DNA from: Amoebophrya sp. A120
Lineage: Eukaryota; Protista; Dinoflagellata
Reading direction: 5' to 3'
DNA length: 64,000 nt
Assembly (NCBI GenBank): GCA_905178155.1
Contig: CAJINV010000006.1
Coordinates: 892,557 to 956,556, forward strand
The translations under genes were made by a program, and so were the position numbers. Every line of letters starts with the position of its first letter. Position 1 is the first letter of the stretch. The notes beneath the pieces were generated by a model. It did not search any database and had not been told where the DNA came from. It saw only the letters and a program-made list of their open reading frames with translations. Below, in pieces: positions 11,954 through 23,258 of the stretch.

Positions 11954-14900
11954 ATGAAGAAGGCCACATCCTTGTCCACCACCCTTCTTGGAGGTTTTCT
12001 ACTACAACTTCTGCACAGCCACTACACAAAGAACATAACAAGCTCCTTATTCATCACAGTGGACGCACTGAAAGTGCTGACGAGCAGTAAAATAAAGACC
12101 GAGGGAAAGAAGAAGCGGGCTATCCTGAGTAAAAACGTACCCACACCAGAGTCAAGATGGGGATTTTGCAACACAAACCTAGGAGTTTTGGGAGTCACGC
12201 ATGACAAGTTTCAGTCCGTAAGGTAGTGCAAGTTAGCAAGGAAAGCCGCGTCACAAATCGACCTGCTGATCCTGTTCACAGCATCACAAATTCCAAAACA
12301 CGATTGGAAATGGCTCTCATGGGGATGCGCATCACAAATGTCTTTGTCATTGCAAATCTGCATTACAACTCTGGGGTGGGTACGTTTTTACTCAGGATAC
12401 GGGCAGATACCTGCACATGCGTGAACTCGAACACCGCCACCACCACCATTCAACCGTATCGCAAGAAAAAGCTGTTTCACTGTGAACTTGTAATGCATAG
12501 AACGGAACGCAAATGTGTTTCTCTTGCTACACATGCAAGACATTGGATTTTTAGCTGTGTTTTCCCTTAGAGGCACGCATGCCAAGTTATATTTGTCATG
12601 CGTAACAAACTTGTGATGCAGATCTTGCAAAATCGTCACAGTGAAACAGTTTTTTCGTGGGATAAGCCGTATCGCAAGAAAAAACTGTTTCACTGTATTA
12701 AAAACTTGTGACGCTGCAGGAGAGAATGGTGCAACACACAAGTGTAAAAGTTTGTTCTTGCGCAAATGGAAATGCAAGAGGTGGCGTGATTTTTACCCAT
12801 GCCATTTTCGCTGAGAAAGCTGCATAATTTCTGGCATATTTTCTTTGTCATGCTGAACAAACTCTTGATGCAAATAACCTTGACAACCAAAATCGTTTCT
12901 GTGAAACACTTTTTGCGTGGGATAGACCGTGGGTGACCAACAATGAAGCGTTGGCAAGTCCTAGTATCCAAGGAAAAAACATTGTTAGTGTGACTTTGGG
13001 ATCATCATGCTCGTCAATCATGATGCAAGAGGGTAGTTCTTGCGTCTGTCATGCTTTTGATGCATTGTAGGGCCGCCCATTGAAGCGCCGTTTCTTCGCG
13101 TACTATCTGCGCATGACAGACAGATTTGTAATGCTGTTCCCTGATTACAGAAAGTTAGAAGTACACCTACAACCTTTTTCGCGTCGATAGCCCCACTATG
13201 CATTGCAAAAATGTCGGGGTCTGGAAAAGTGGAACTTGTGTGGTATGTCTTGCATTCCTTTGAACATCAAATCTGTATTACACAGCCAGCAAGATGAAAG
13301 GGACTCCTTACTTTTTCGTGTGTGCAGTTTGTCATACGTGCTACGCATCAGACAGCATCAAGTAAGTACTTGTCATGCGTGGTTGCACTTGAGAGCGCCA
13401 GTCAGTCTTATCCAAACTTTAGCATTACAACTTTCCAGACCCATACATATTTGCATTTGATACGCGGGGACTATCCCGGACCCGATCTGCGCCGCAATGT
13501 GGATATCAACTGCAAATATCCACCCTGGATGTCTGGAAGAATGCGAGATCTGTCATGTAGTTTTTGCCTGACACAGATGAGATCCGATCTGTACATGCAA
13601 GCTTTATTAGTAGCATCACAGATATTCATATTGTTGAGCAGGTATCCCAAAAATGCCTAATCCGCATTGCAAATCCCCTCGTCTCGCGGAAACAAAAAAC
13701 GGGGCCGTTTGCTAGCCACGCATGACAGATTTTGTCATGATGTAGAATTCCGCATCACAAAGTCACATTCTTTCAGACATCCAGGGATATTTGCATTTGA
13801 TAGTGGAGTGGCGGTTGTGGTGACTCAGCCGGTGCCGAGAATATTCAGGGAGTTGGCTCAGGGTTGAGTTGGCTCACATGTGACAAGACCTGTCGAGACA
13901 CTGCGGACTGTGCAGAGTACTCTGTAGAGGTCGCGACAAACGGCGCGCCAGCGACTGTGTTTTGCTACTTGTACAAAGCTATGCATTTTTGCAAATATCG
14001 CTCTAGGTGGTCTGGAATAACTTTGTATTTCTGATTATACTACTCGCAGAACTGGTGATGATGTCGCACAGAGAGTATAATCCCTGTGTACGGCTGCACA
14101 GTAGCATGAGAAATTTAGCGACGGGACCTTGTTACAAGTTCATTCATATACTTACAGTAGAATGGACGCATGACAAAGTGGCTGCCAGTAGTACGACAAA
14201 AGAATTGGCCAAGAATCTTCGCGTTCATGCATGAAAGATTCTGGTGTCCTTCGCAATTCTCGCATCGCAACTCCAGACATCCAGAGATGTGTGCAAAAAT
14301 GCATAAAGGGTAGCTGTTATCCCACGAAAAAACTGTTTCACGGTGATGGTTTTGCAAGATCCGCATCACAAGTTTGCTACACATGACACAGAAAATTTGC
14401 CATGCGTGCCTTCCATGGGAAAGCACGCTTAAAAATTCAATGCCTTGCAGGTGTAGCAAGACAAATGGTTCTGTGTTCCATTCTATGCATCACAAGTCCA
14501 CAGTGAAACAGTTTTTTCTTGCGATAGCTGTGCCACCAAAATTCAAGATGACTGGATCACAAAGTACCGCGTTTACAGCCTGGAGAATAACGCTACGGGA
14601 TTCTCAAATGTTTACATTCTCAACTGTTACATGGATTGGTCATGCAAAACTACCAAAAGCCACCAGCACCAGATGATCAAGCTACATCGCAGGACTAATC
14701 TACGAAGGGCCAAACAGAATCTAAATCTGTGCCAAGTCTGTGATGCGAAAGCAGCAAGCTTGCCACCCTGACTCTTGCTGTCCTTGCATTTTTACAAATT
14801 CATGTAACACGACTGGAGAAGGTAACCGATTTGAGAACGCCATAAACGCGGCGAACTGCATCGACTCAACTGCCGTCCCGCTAATAAACCCGGATTTGTG

Positions 14901-17900
14901 CTTATCACGAGAAAAAAGGGTTACAGTTGCACACTCTAATGGAAGACAAGCAAGACAGACGACCTCTGTCATGCACGAAATGCTCGCCAGCCTCATTTCA
15001 TTCGTGTTTTCCCTTATAGTCTGCGCATCACAGGTTTTCTCCGTCACTGAAATTCCAACAAATGTGCCCCTGTAACACTTTTTTTCTGTCATAGTGCCTG
15101 TCTACCTACCAAGGCTACTGCAGTGCGCCCTCGGGTCAGGCAATTACGAATACCGACACAGCTATCAAATGCAAAAATCTCTGGATGTCTGGAACAAAGC
15201 CACTTGTCATGCTAAATCTGAAGGATGTAAAAATCTGTGTTGCATGATTACCAAAAGCTGTCCACTTATTTTGACCTAATCGAGAGGCACAGGCAGTTTC
15301 TGACGCAGGATAGGCATGAGGATGAGAGAGATCCTCGCGCAGAATCTGTCATGCTAGGTCCTGCATTCCAGACTTCATGGGTCATGGAAATAAAGCTGCA
15401 TCACAAATCCCGCATTCTTCCAGACCCAGACATTTTTGCATTTGATAACAGAGGGGATGCTAATCACCCAGTATGAAGATCGCGCGAGTGGTATCGCAAG
15501 AAAAATACACCTTTGTTGCATTGTAAACTTGTGATGCAGGAGAGAACGAAACTACACAGAAGTTCTGGTCTTGCTACACATGCAAGACTTATTGGATTTC
15601 TAGCTGTGTTTATCCTTAGCGTTAGGAAGCACGCATGCCAAGTTTGATTTGTCATGTGTACTATCGAACTTGTGATGCAAAACATGCGAAGTCCGTACAG
15701 TGATGCAACAGTTTTTTCGTGCGATAGGTGGCCACCGAATCCGGGACTGCCGGTACCTGTGCTCCAAAGAGCCCGACTATGACGGTGCACAACTCCCCCT
15801 CCCCCTCATTTGCCATGCAAAATACTTAATCCACGCCTTGCCTTTGTTTAAGCACTCTGCGCATGACAAGTTTTGAACGCGGCCGGGATAGAACTCCATT
15901 CCACTTACGGATTTGTCATGCAAATAAAGCTACATTTGTGGCATTGCTTCTGTTGCTGCTCACGCTATACAAATGAGGGGGAGGGGAGTTGTGCAGTTTC
16001 ATACCGACTGCGCCACCTTTTTCGTCAGCCTGCCCTTACTATCCTGTGCAAAAGTAATATCGTACTCGTAATAATTGCACTCATGCATCACAAATTTTTT
16101 TCTCAAGGTAAATCCGCATTGCAAATTTTAATTCTCATGCTGAGGGAATTTGTCATGCATTTACACGAGTGCGATACTTCTATTGCAGTTCATAGTTACC
16201 GGGAAAGTGCCATCTTTTCAAGAGCGGGTGCCTGGTCGATACGACCAAGGTTCAGGAGTGGCAGGTATCCTGTGTAAAAACGTCCCCACACCAGAATCAA
16301 GATGGGAAATTATCTGCAACACAAGTCTCCAAGTTTTGGGGGTTCTGCATAACAAGTTTCCAGCTGAACTGCTGTGCTGGTTAGCAAGGAAAGTCGCATG
16401 AGAAAGCCGTTTTCTCATCCTGTGTACCGCATCACAAATGCAAAAACACGTTTGGAAATGCCTCTCGTCGTGGAGATGCGCATTACAAATGTTCCTGTCA
16501 TTGCACATTTGCATGACAACTCTGGGGTGGGGACGTTTTTACATAGGATAGCAGGGGTGGGATATCAGAGACTGCCCGTTGAAGAGGGCACAGGACGTCG
16601 ACAGCGCCGTTTCCGCACTGTATGACAATGCACAATTTCCCCTGACGCTCATTTGTAATGTAAAATCCGAAATCCTATCGTTGCATTGTGGCACGGTTGG
16701 CATGACAAATCTACTCGGAAGCCGAAACATCAGTACTACGTTATAGGTGCATCAACTTGTCATGCGAAGGGTCCATTTCATTTACATTTTCATTTTGAGC
16801 TCGTGTCTGTATTGCTGTTCATGGCATGGTAAGTAGAAAGGAGGGGGAGGGGAAGTTGTGCACTCTGATAACTCGGGGGGAAATCCCACATGGCTCACCG
16901 CGCAGCAGGACGACACTGAATACGGAAAAGTCTATCAGAGCGTGTACGGTGGCGCTCCTAACTACGGGGAGTACTGTGCGTACTGGGAGATATCAAAGTG
17001 AAAAAAGCCCCCACCCCATATCAAAACGAAACTTCTGATGCTGGATTTGCGTACACAAATCAGATTTGTCTTGCAGTAGCGGACTGCAGGCCGATATCAT
17101 GCCAGTGCGCAGAGGTTTTGGCCTAGGCGCTTAGCATGGGGAACGCCTATGCTGTAGGACCAACAGCATTACAAACCGCCAGCATAATGGGGCGGAGCGG
17201 ATGCCGTTGCTGTCTTGCAAGACAGACACGATTTGTGACCTCAAATCAGCAACGCAAATTTTCGGAAACATAGCTTTTCAATATGGGGAGGGAGGATTTT
17301 TCCTTTTGATAGGAGAACACGGATAGAAACGTGTTTGGGGGCGGCAAAAAAGGCGTTGCGGGTATGCGAGTGTCAGGATCGAAATCGACAAAATCGAAAA
17401 ATTTGTAGTGCATAAAATGTAGGGCACGAATGGCCTGTGTTGGGGAGCAGGCAAATGAGACCGATTGCAAGCCTGTTTAGGGGAGACGATGTGCTGGCAG
17501 AGTAGCATGACAGGAGCAGTCTTCTTTGCCAAAACAGCATGACAGACTAGATTTTGGCGCTCCCGAAATTTGTCATGCGCCACTTGGAAACTGAGGTTCC
17601 AACTGGTATCGATTTTATGCATCACAAATTATTTCGATTTTGTTGATTTCGATCCTGCAGCTTTCATAGTGGGCGCGAACACGGATTGCGCGAACCTGGA
17701 TACCAGGCCGGACTTATGAACTGCAAAAGTATCGTACTCGTATAAATGCATTACAAATTTCCTCAGCATGAGAGATAAAATTTGTAATGCTGATTTACCT
17801 TAAGAGCAAGATTTGTAATGCACGATTGCCATACGAGTACGATACTTTTGCACAGGATAGGACTGGTGCGCGGACAAGTGGTGCTATCAAATGCAAATAT

Positions 17901-18948
17901 CGATCTGGGTCTGGAAATAAAACTTGTGTTGCTGATACTTGCATTGCAGACTGGTTTCTTGTTGTACGGCATAACAGCATGACAAGTTATCCTCGGCTTA
18001 TCGCCGCGGGTTCATTCGTGTTTAGCATGACAAGCTGACTTCCAGCACGACAAAAAAAATGGTCAATCGTGTTCACGCATCACAGATCTTGTTGTCCTTG
18101 AGGTGTTGCATTTTATATTTATACAAATCTAGACCCAGAGCCAGACATATTTGCAATGCATAGGTGCTACGTGAAGACAACCTCGGAAGAGAACACCAAG
18201 ATCGTCCGGAATCCGCTGGACTCCAACGCCCCGGGATATCCAGATGGACCGAACTGCGTATCAAATGTAAAAATGTCTGGGTCTGGAAGATTCTGAGACT
18301 TGTCACGCATGTTTTGCATGACCCAGGACGTCTGTAATGCACGCCCTAGCATCATATGTTTTTAGAGGGCTTCCTGATGCCTACTCCGCATGACAAACGC
18401 CCTCCCCGCGTAGCACAAACTAGACTCCTCTTGCTGGTCATGCAATACAGATTTTTTTCGAATCCAAAGTTAGCATCACCAGTTCCAATCTTCCAGACCC
18501 AGACACTTTTGCATTTGATACTGCGAGGGCTTGAGCGATGTGACGAAGAGCGAGAACCAAGATATCAAAATGAAAAATCCCCCCTCTTCCCTATACCAGA
18601 GCGGAGATTTGTGTAGCATGAATCGCAACCACAAATCACGTTGTCATGCTAGAAGGCAAAAGATGCGGACTGTAGTGCTGGCTGGCGTGGGAATAAAGCC
18701 CTGCATCTTCAGCATGACAGGAGGCAACTGCAAGTGGCAAACAGCATGACAACTTGCCTGCAAGTAAGGTCGTAACTGCGTCTCCTGCTGGTCTTCTAGC
18801 AATACAAGCCGACTTGTGTAGTACGCACATCCAGCATCACAAATTTCCTTTCCGATATGAGGAGGTAGGGGGATTTTTCTTCACGATACAAGACACCTTC
18901 CTCTGGTACTCCTACGAGATCTGCAACAGGTATGGAGGTCTCAAATGA
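11954..18948 (+). CDS. Cys-rich secreted protein: signal peptide, two PAN/apple-like modules and a kringle-like module (paralog B)
   Basis: Starts MKKATSLSTTLLGGFLLQLL. Joined across about 22 introners: CDKTCRDTADCAEY..CYLYK; CRYLCSKEPDCATF..CHLFK; WLTAQQDDTEYGKVY..YGEYCAYWE..WCADKWCYVK..FLWYSYEICN. 3' end uncertain because the last introner is broken. Confidence 0.8.
12121..12399. mobile_element. Introner F3
   Basis: TIR; DR CGGGC. Confidence 0.95.
12457..12664. mobile_element. Introner F4 (first of back-to-back pair)
   Basis: TIR; DR AACCG/AGCCG. Confidence 0.9.
12670..12924. mobile_element. Introner F4 (second of back-to-back pair)
   Basis: TIR; DR AGCCG/GACCG. Confidence 0.9.
12965..13189. 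mobile_element. Introner F4
   Basis: TIR; DR decayed CCTAG/GCCCC. Confidence 0.8.
13197..13462. mobile_element. Introner F1
   Basis: TIR; DR decayed CCCAC/CGCGG. Confidence 0.8.
13504..13802. mobile_element. Introner F1
   Basis: TIR; DR GTGGA. Confidence 0.9.
13980..14305. mobile_element. Introner F1 (divergent)
   Basis: TATGCATTTTTGCA..TGCAAAAATGCATA; DR AAAGC/AAGGG. Confidence 0.85.
14318..14526. mobile_element. Introner F4 (opposite orientation to 12457)
   Basis: TIR; DR GCTGT. Confidence 0.9.
14594..14844. mobile_element. Introner F5
   Basis: TIR; DR AACGC. Confidence 0.9.
14903..15093. mobile_element. Introner F4
   Basis: TIR; DR GTGCT/GTGCC. Confidence 0.9.
15163..15447. mobile_element. 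Introner F1
   Basis: TIR; DR ACAGC/ACAGA. Confidence 0.9.
15492..15726. mobile_element. Introner F4
   Basis: TIR; DR AGTGG/GGTGG. Confidence 0.9.
15778..16003. mobile_element. Introner F7
   Basis: TIR shared with 7466 element; DR CCGAC. Confidence 0.9.
16040..16194. mobile_element. Introner F2
   Basis: TIR; DR CTTAC/GTTAC. Confidence 0.9.
16266..16550. mobile_element. Introner F3
   Basis: TIR; DR GCAGG, which also creates GT-AG ends. Confidence 0.95.
16621..16870. mobile_element. Introner F7 (divergent)
   Basis: TIR; DR CACTG/ACTCG. Confidence 0.8.
16991..17311. mobile_element. Introner F6
   Basis: TIR; DR GGAGA. Confidence 0.9.
17363..17668. mobile_element. Introner F8
   Basis: TIR; DR GCGGG/GTGGG. 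Confidence 0.9.
17715..17859. mobile_element. Introner F2
   Basis: TIR; DR GGACT. Confidence 0.95.
17885..18162. mobile_element. Introner F1
   Basis: TIR; DR GGTGC. Confidence 0.9.
18259..18520. mobile_element. Introner F1
   Basis: TIR; DR CTGCG. Confidence 0.95.
18563..18888. mobile_element. Introner F6
   Basis: TIR; DR CAAGA. Confidence 0.9.
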
Positions 18949-19776
18949 AATTACACTCGTCAGCTGTTACATCGTGATTTGTCATGCTAGATGTCCAGCA
19001 GGCGATCGACACGACCAAGCTACAGCGCGACCCGAAGTTGCTTTTGCGCAACACAGATCGGAGATTTCTTTCCCCGGGCGGTATGGACTTTCATCGCCGC
19101 GTCCTGCGGGAGCCGGGGCAGGAGCGTAGAGATTCCATACGCATACCGTCCTGGGAAAGGAATCCGGCCTCGAAGTTGCTTACGCGCAACACAGATCGGA
19201 GATTTCTTTTCCCGGGCGGTATGGACTTTCTACGCCGCGTCCTGCGGGGGCCGGGGCAGGGGCGTAGAAATTGCCTTGGCTCCTGCAGGAGGCGGCGTAG
19301 AAATTCCATACCGCAACGAGAGGGAAGCCGCCGACCTGTGATGCACAAAAGCAACTTTAACTTTGAGACCGGACTTCTTTTCCAGGGGCGGTTTCGAATT
19401 GTCCGCCCCGCTGCCGAAGGAACACCCTGCGCCCGGCTGTAGCGCTTCGCGCACTAAGCCACTATGCGCGCGCCTGATGTGAGGCGAGGCCGACTGGCGG
19501 ACGATGTCCGCACTGATGCCGAACACCCTTCCCCCCTACCGCTTTGCGAACTAAGCCACTGCGCGCGAGCCTGATGTGAGGCGAGGGACGGACTCTGTCC
19601 GCCGCGATGCCGAGCAATGTTCTCCCACTCGCGCCACTAGGGGTGCGCACAAGGCCCCAGCGTGGGGACCCTGTCCCCACGCGTGGACCTTGTTTGTCAT
19701 GCTAGATGTCCAGCAGGCGATCGACACGACCAAGCTATGCTACTGCGCATGACAAATTTTCGAAGGGCCAAACAGC
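18931..19776. mobile_element. Broken F5 introner (right TIR missing) with internal insertion
   Basis: Left F5 TIR TATGGAGGTCTCAAATG; F5 similarity resumes at 19693 and stops near 19776. Confidence 0.75.
19023..19692. mobile_element. GC-rich insertion flanked by a 45-bp direct repeat
   Basis: 18978-19022 is identical to 19693-19737; two internal duplicated modules. Confidence 0.7.
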
Positions 19777-20629
19777 CTGGGAGTGATCTCCTGTGGTAAA
19801 TTTGTATATGCGAGAGGTATAAGCGTAAGGGTAAGCCCCCCCCCTGTCGCTTTTCCTTTTGCTATTCTAATTCTTGCAGCACGAATTCATGTAAAAGTAG
19901 AGAGTGTACTAACGTTTGAGAGAACTACTCCCATAACGTGTTTGTGCGCCCGACGTGAGGAAACTGTCGGAGGTGGAGAAGCGGATGGAGGGCGGGGCTC
20001 TCATGAGCCTGCATAAGTAAGTAAAGCAATACAACTGTAAAATGATAGCAGCAACTACACGAAGAAAGGGCAATAAAGCACACTTACTCTTACACTCAGA
20101 TGACCAACAGTTGGCACAAAACGCAAGCAACAGGATAATTTAAGCGCGGTTTACTTAGATCAAGTTCACGTTGAAAATGCTAATACTTTGAGGAGTACGT
20201 TTTTTTGAAACAGCAACTGTAGATAGAATACAGTGGGTAAATAAAGAAAAAATCTGGGATTGCCAAGCAATGAAGAACATGAAAGCACAACAGGTTTATA
20301 ACATGCAAAAATGAACGCCGTGGCGCGACGGTGCACAAACTTCCTGAGATTTTTTTCGTAAGAACGAATTGTACAGAAACAGATCAATGATGAAGAAATT
20401 GAAATAAAAGCAGCAATAGTAAACAAGCTCCGTCAACATCATGATGATTGATGTCGACCGCACCACTGGTGGACGCCTAAGTCCCACGATGGAAGCGTGG
20501 GAAGTTTTGACTTGTTCACTTACTTACTTCTTTCCGGTTGAGCAAGATGTTCTCACTTCGTTTTGGATATTAAAAGACGAGGCTGCACAAGCTCGAGCTG
20601 ATCCACCAGGCTCGTCAAGGCAAGGCCGC

Positions 20630-22330
20630 AAACTTGCGCGCGGCGGGGTTTGGGGTCCAGGGGTCGGCAGAGAAGGGCCCCGAGATGCTTCAGCGCGTGA
20701 CCCTGGTCCGCCGCGTCTGCGTGCTGTGGATGTCGTTGCAAAAGGACCACGCGGGCGACTTCGCAGCGGGAAGAAAGACGGCGGAGGGCCGGGCCCCGAT
20801 TCCGTCGGGGGCAGAATTGGAGAACGTCGCCGCCGGGGCCGGGTTATTTGCGAGGGCAGGCGGGAGGGCCGTCGGTTGATCACTCTGCGCCCGCGCGATC
20901 CACATGCCCGGCAGCTGTGTGGCCATGCCCCTGCGCGTGGCGGAGTGCGCCCCCGATTCGGGAAGGCGGGCCGCCCCTTGGTTCTGCGCGCGCCGTTGGC
21001 TCGGGCCTAGATAGTCGCGTGGCGCGCACGGGCGGCCGTGGCACTTAGCCCCAGGCCCTTCGCGCCGGCAGAGCCAGCCGCCGGCCCCCGGTCTCGCTCC
21101 GCGGTGGGCCGTCCGGGCTGCCGTGCGGTGCCGCGATGGGTGGTTTTAGCGACCGAGGGCCGCGGCCAAGCGAAGAGCCGGGCGCAAGGCCCGGGGGCTC
21201 CGATTCGATAGCGGGCCGGCGCAGGCCGGCACAGACACTGCCTTCCAAGTTGCTTTGCCCACGCGAGCCATCGCGGTCGCGCCCCAGAAGAAATTCTCGA
21301 AGACGGCCGCGTGCGTCTACTCGAAGGCGAAGGGGGCCGTCACTCGGCTCACGGCAGACACCACGTTGGCCGGCGCAACCACGCTGCAGACGGTAGACTC
21401 AGCCGCGAGCACACTTGTCGCTCGCGCGCGCGCTCTCTCACTGAACCGCGCGCCAAGGGGAAGGCGAGTGTCCTAGTGAACCTAGAGAGAGAGCCTGTCA
21501 AATTCGCTGCCCGACGAGGCCCACGAGGTGACGGCCCCGCTTCTCGATACAATTCCGAACAGGAAGGACCAGCTGCGCCGGGCCAAAGAAAAGCGCCGGC
21601 GCATCGCCTAAAGCGAAAGCCCGGGCCGCGCAGCCTTTTGGCGGCTCCTGCCCGCGCTCGCGCAGGCAAACTTCGCGACAGAAAAGAAGCAAGGGCGCCG
21701 GCGCATGCCGCCACGAAATAAACACACCGGGCAGCGGCTGCCCTGCGCCCGTACCCCGCGCCGGCTTTTGCCGGTGGGTGCGGCGGTGGGGGGTGGGGAA
21801 GGGCCGCGCGTATTGCTTTCATTCATGTGGGCGGGGGGGCCCCTAAAGTGCCGCCCCGCACTGTGCCAGCCTCTGGGGCATCCAGGGGCCAGAACCGTCT
21901 CCGAAGTTCTCGGGGGGCGCCCAAGTTTTCTGTCGGCGCCGGGCCGCTGGGTGTCTATCTTGATTATATGAATGTGGGGAGCGCCTCCCGCAATGCTGGC
22001 GGCCCTGCGCGCGGGTTGTTTTCGCAGGCCAGCCCTGCGCGCGCACGCGCCGGGGCGGCGGCTGCGTGATCTCGGGCGGGGCTACAAGTACAAGGAGGCC
22101 GTCCCGCGGCACGGTGCCTGTGTGGGGTCGGTTCGGCGGTTCTCAGCCTCGTTGCCCTTGCCAAACTGGAGAAAACCTCTCGACGCGGCCAAGCAAGCCT
22201 GTGAGAGACATGGGGCTCTCGCTCTACAATTTCTCTCGCGTATTGGGTTCTCTCATTTGAAGAGTAGCAAGCATCTCGCCCGCTATATTCTCGATCTTGA
22301 GTCCAGCAGAATTCTCGGTCGCTCAAGATG
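20630..22330 (+). pseudogene. Decayed non-LTR (LINE) reverse transcriptase, GC-enriched
   Basis: Ordered remnants QRVTLV, DHAGDFAAGRKTAE (cf. QxGFRxGRST), SVDHSA (cf. FDSVDH), ALSPRPF (cf. LSPxLF), thumb-like SKAKGAVTRL..TTLQTV..STLV; frameshifts and stops. Confidence 0.65.
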
Positions 22331-23258
22331 ATCTCTAGGCCGCTCAGCAGAGGTAGAAAGAATTGTTCACATGCTCAAGTAGCAAAAACGAACTCGGTTA
22401 TTTGATGATGTTTGATGGCGCAAGGACCTAGCGTTAGCCCTAAGCTGCCGGTCGTGCCGCGTTCGGTCACACAAGATGTGAATTCTATTGCACAGCGAGG
22501 CCGCTCTGTTGACATTCTATTTGTATTTGATTGAAGTATAGTTGTCCTTTGTGACCACAGACAGCGCAAAGAACAAGCTGAAAAAAGCACGGAACGTTCA
22601 AGAACAAAGCGAATTGCAAGATAAGATCGGCAGCGACAATTATCTCATGATATCGCAGGAGGTTAGACACAAAAGTTCGACGCCTAATAGCGCCTAGCGA
22701 AGCAATCTTCAGTGTCAGTTGCAATAAGAATCGGAAGACCTCCACTTCTATCGATATCGGCTGTGAAGATGTGTAGAAAAACAAAGCGAGTGATGTTGCG
22801 ACAACATGGTGTCTGAAAAACAAATGCGGTTTCTGAGAAACAAATGCCCTACATCTATTTTTCATCTCGCCAGGACCCAATCTTGTTGACCATTGTAATT
22901 TTTACAACGACACCAGCGCATTATCTTCTCATTGTCACTTCTCTCTTCACCACACCAACGCAGCGCTCTCGATCAGGATTCTGTAGTACAGAATCAGAAA
23001 GACTCTTCTAGACAGCACCAATAGGACACGAGACATCGACTTGGGAAGAAATTCAGAACTTATCCGGGGTTGTAAGTAGTTTCGCACGACCGCGCAATTC
23101 GTTTAATTTCGACGCAGAACGAGTATAAAAAGATCTTGACCAGGGGAACATCAAGCCGCGTGCAATTCGTGTTTTTATTACACTTCGGTTTCTGACTGAT
23201 ATCAAAAATCTTCTGTTCTTCGCGATTTCTCTTACTTCTACCCACCTAAAGATTCATC

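Noticed and set aside
12000-18950. Repeats alternating with short unique spacers, resembling a CRISPR array
   Set aside because: Repeats are 145-330 bp TIR elements of several families, the spacers are in-frame exons, and there are no cas genes.
19440-19620. Duplicated CTGATGTGAG units as hammerhead ribozymes
   Set aside because: The core is not CUGANGA and no matching GAAA or stem arrangement was found.
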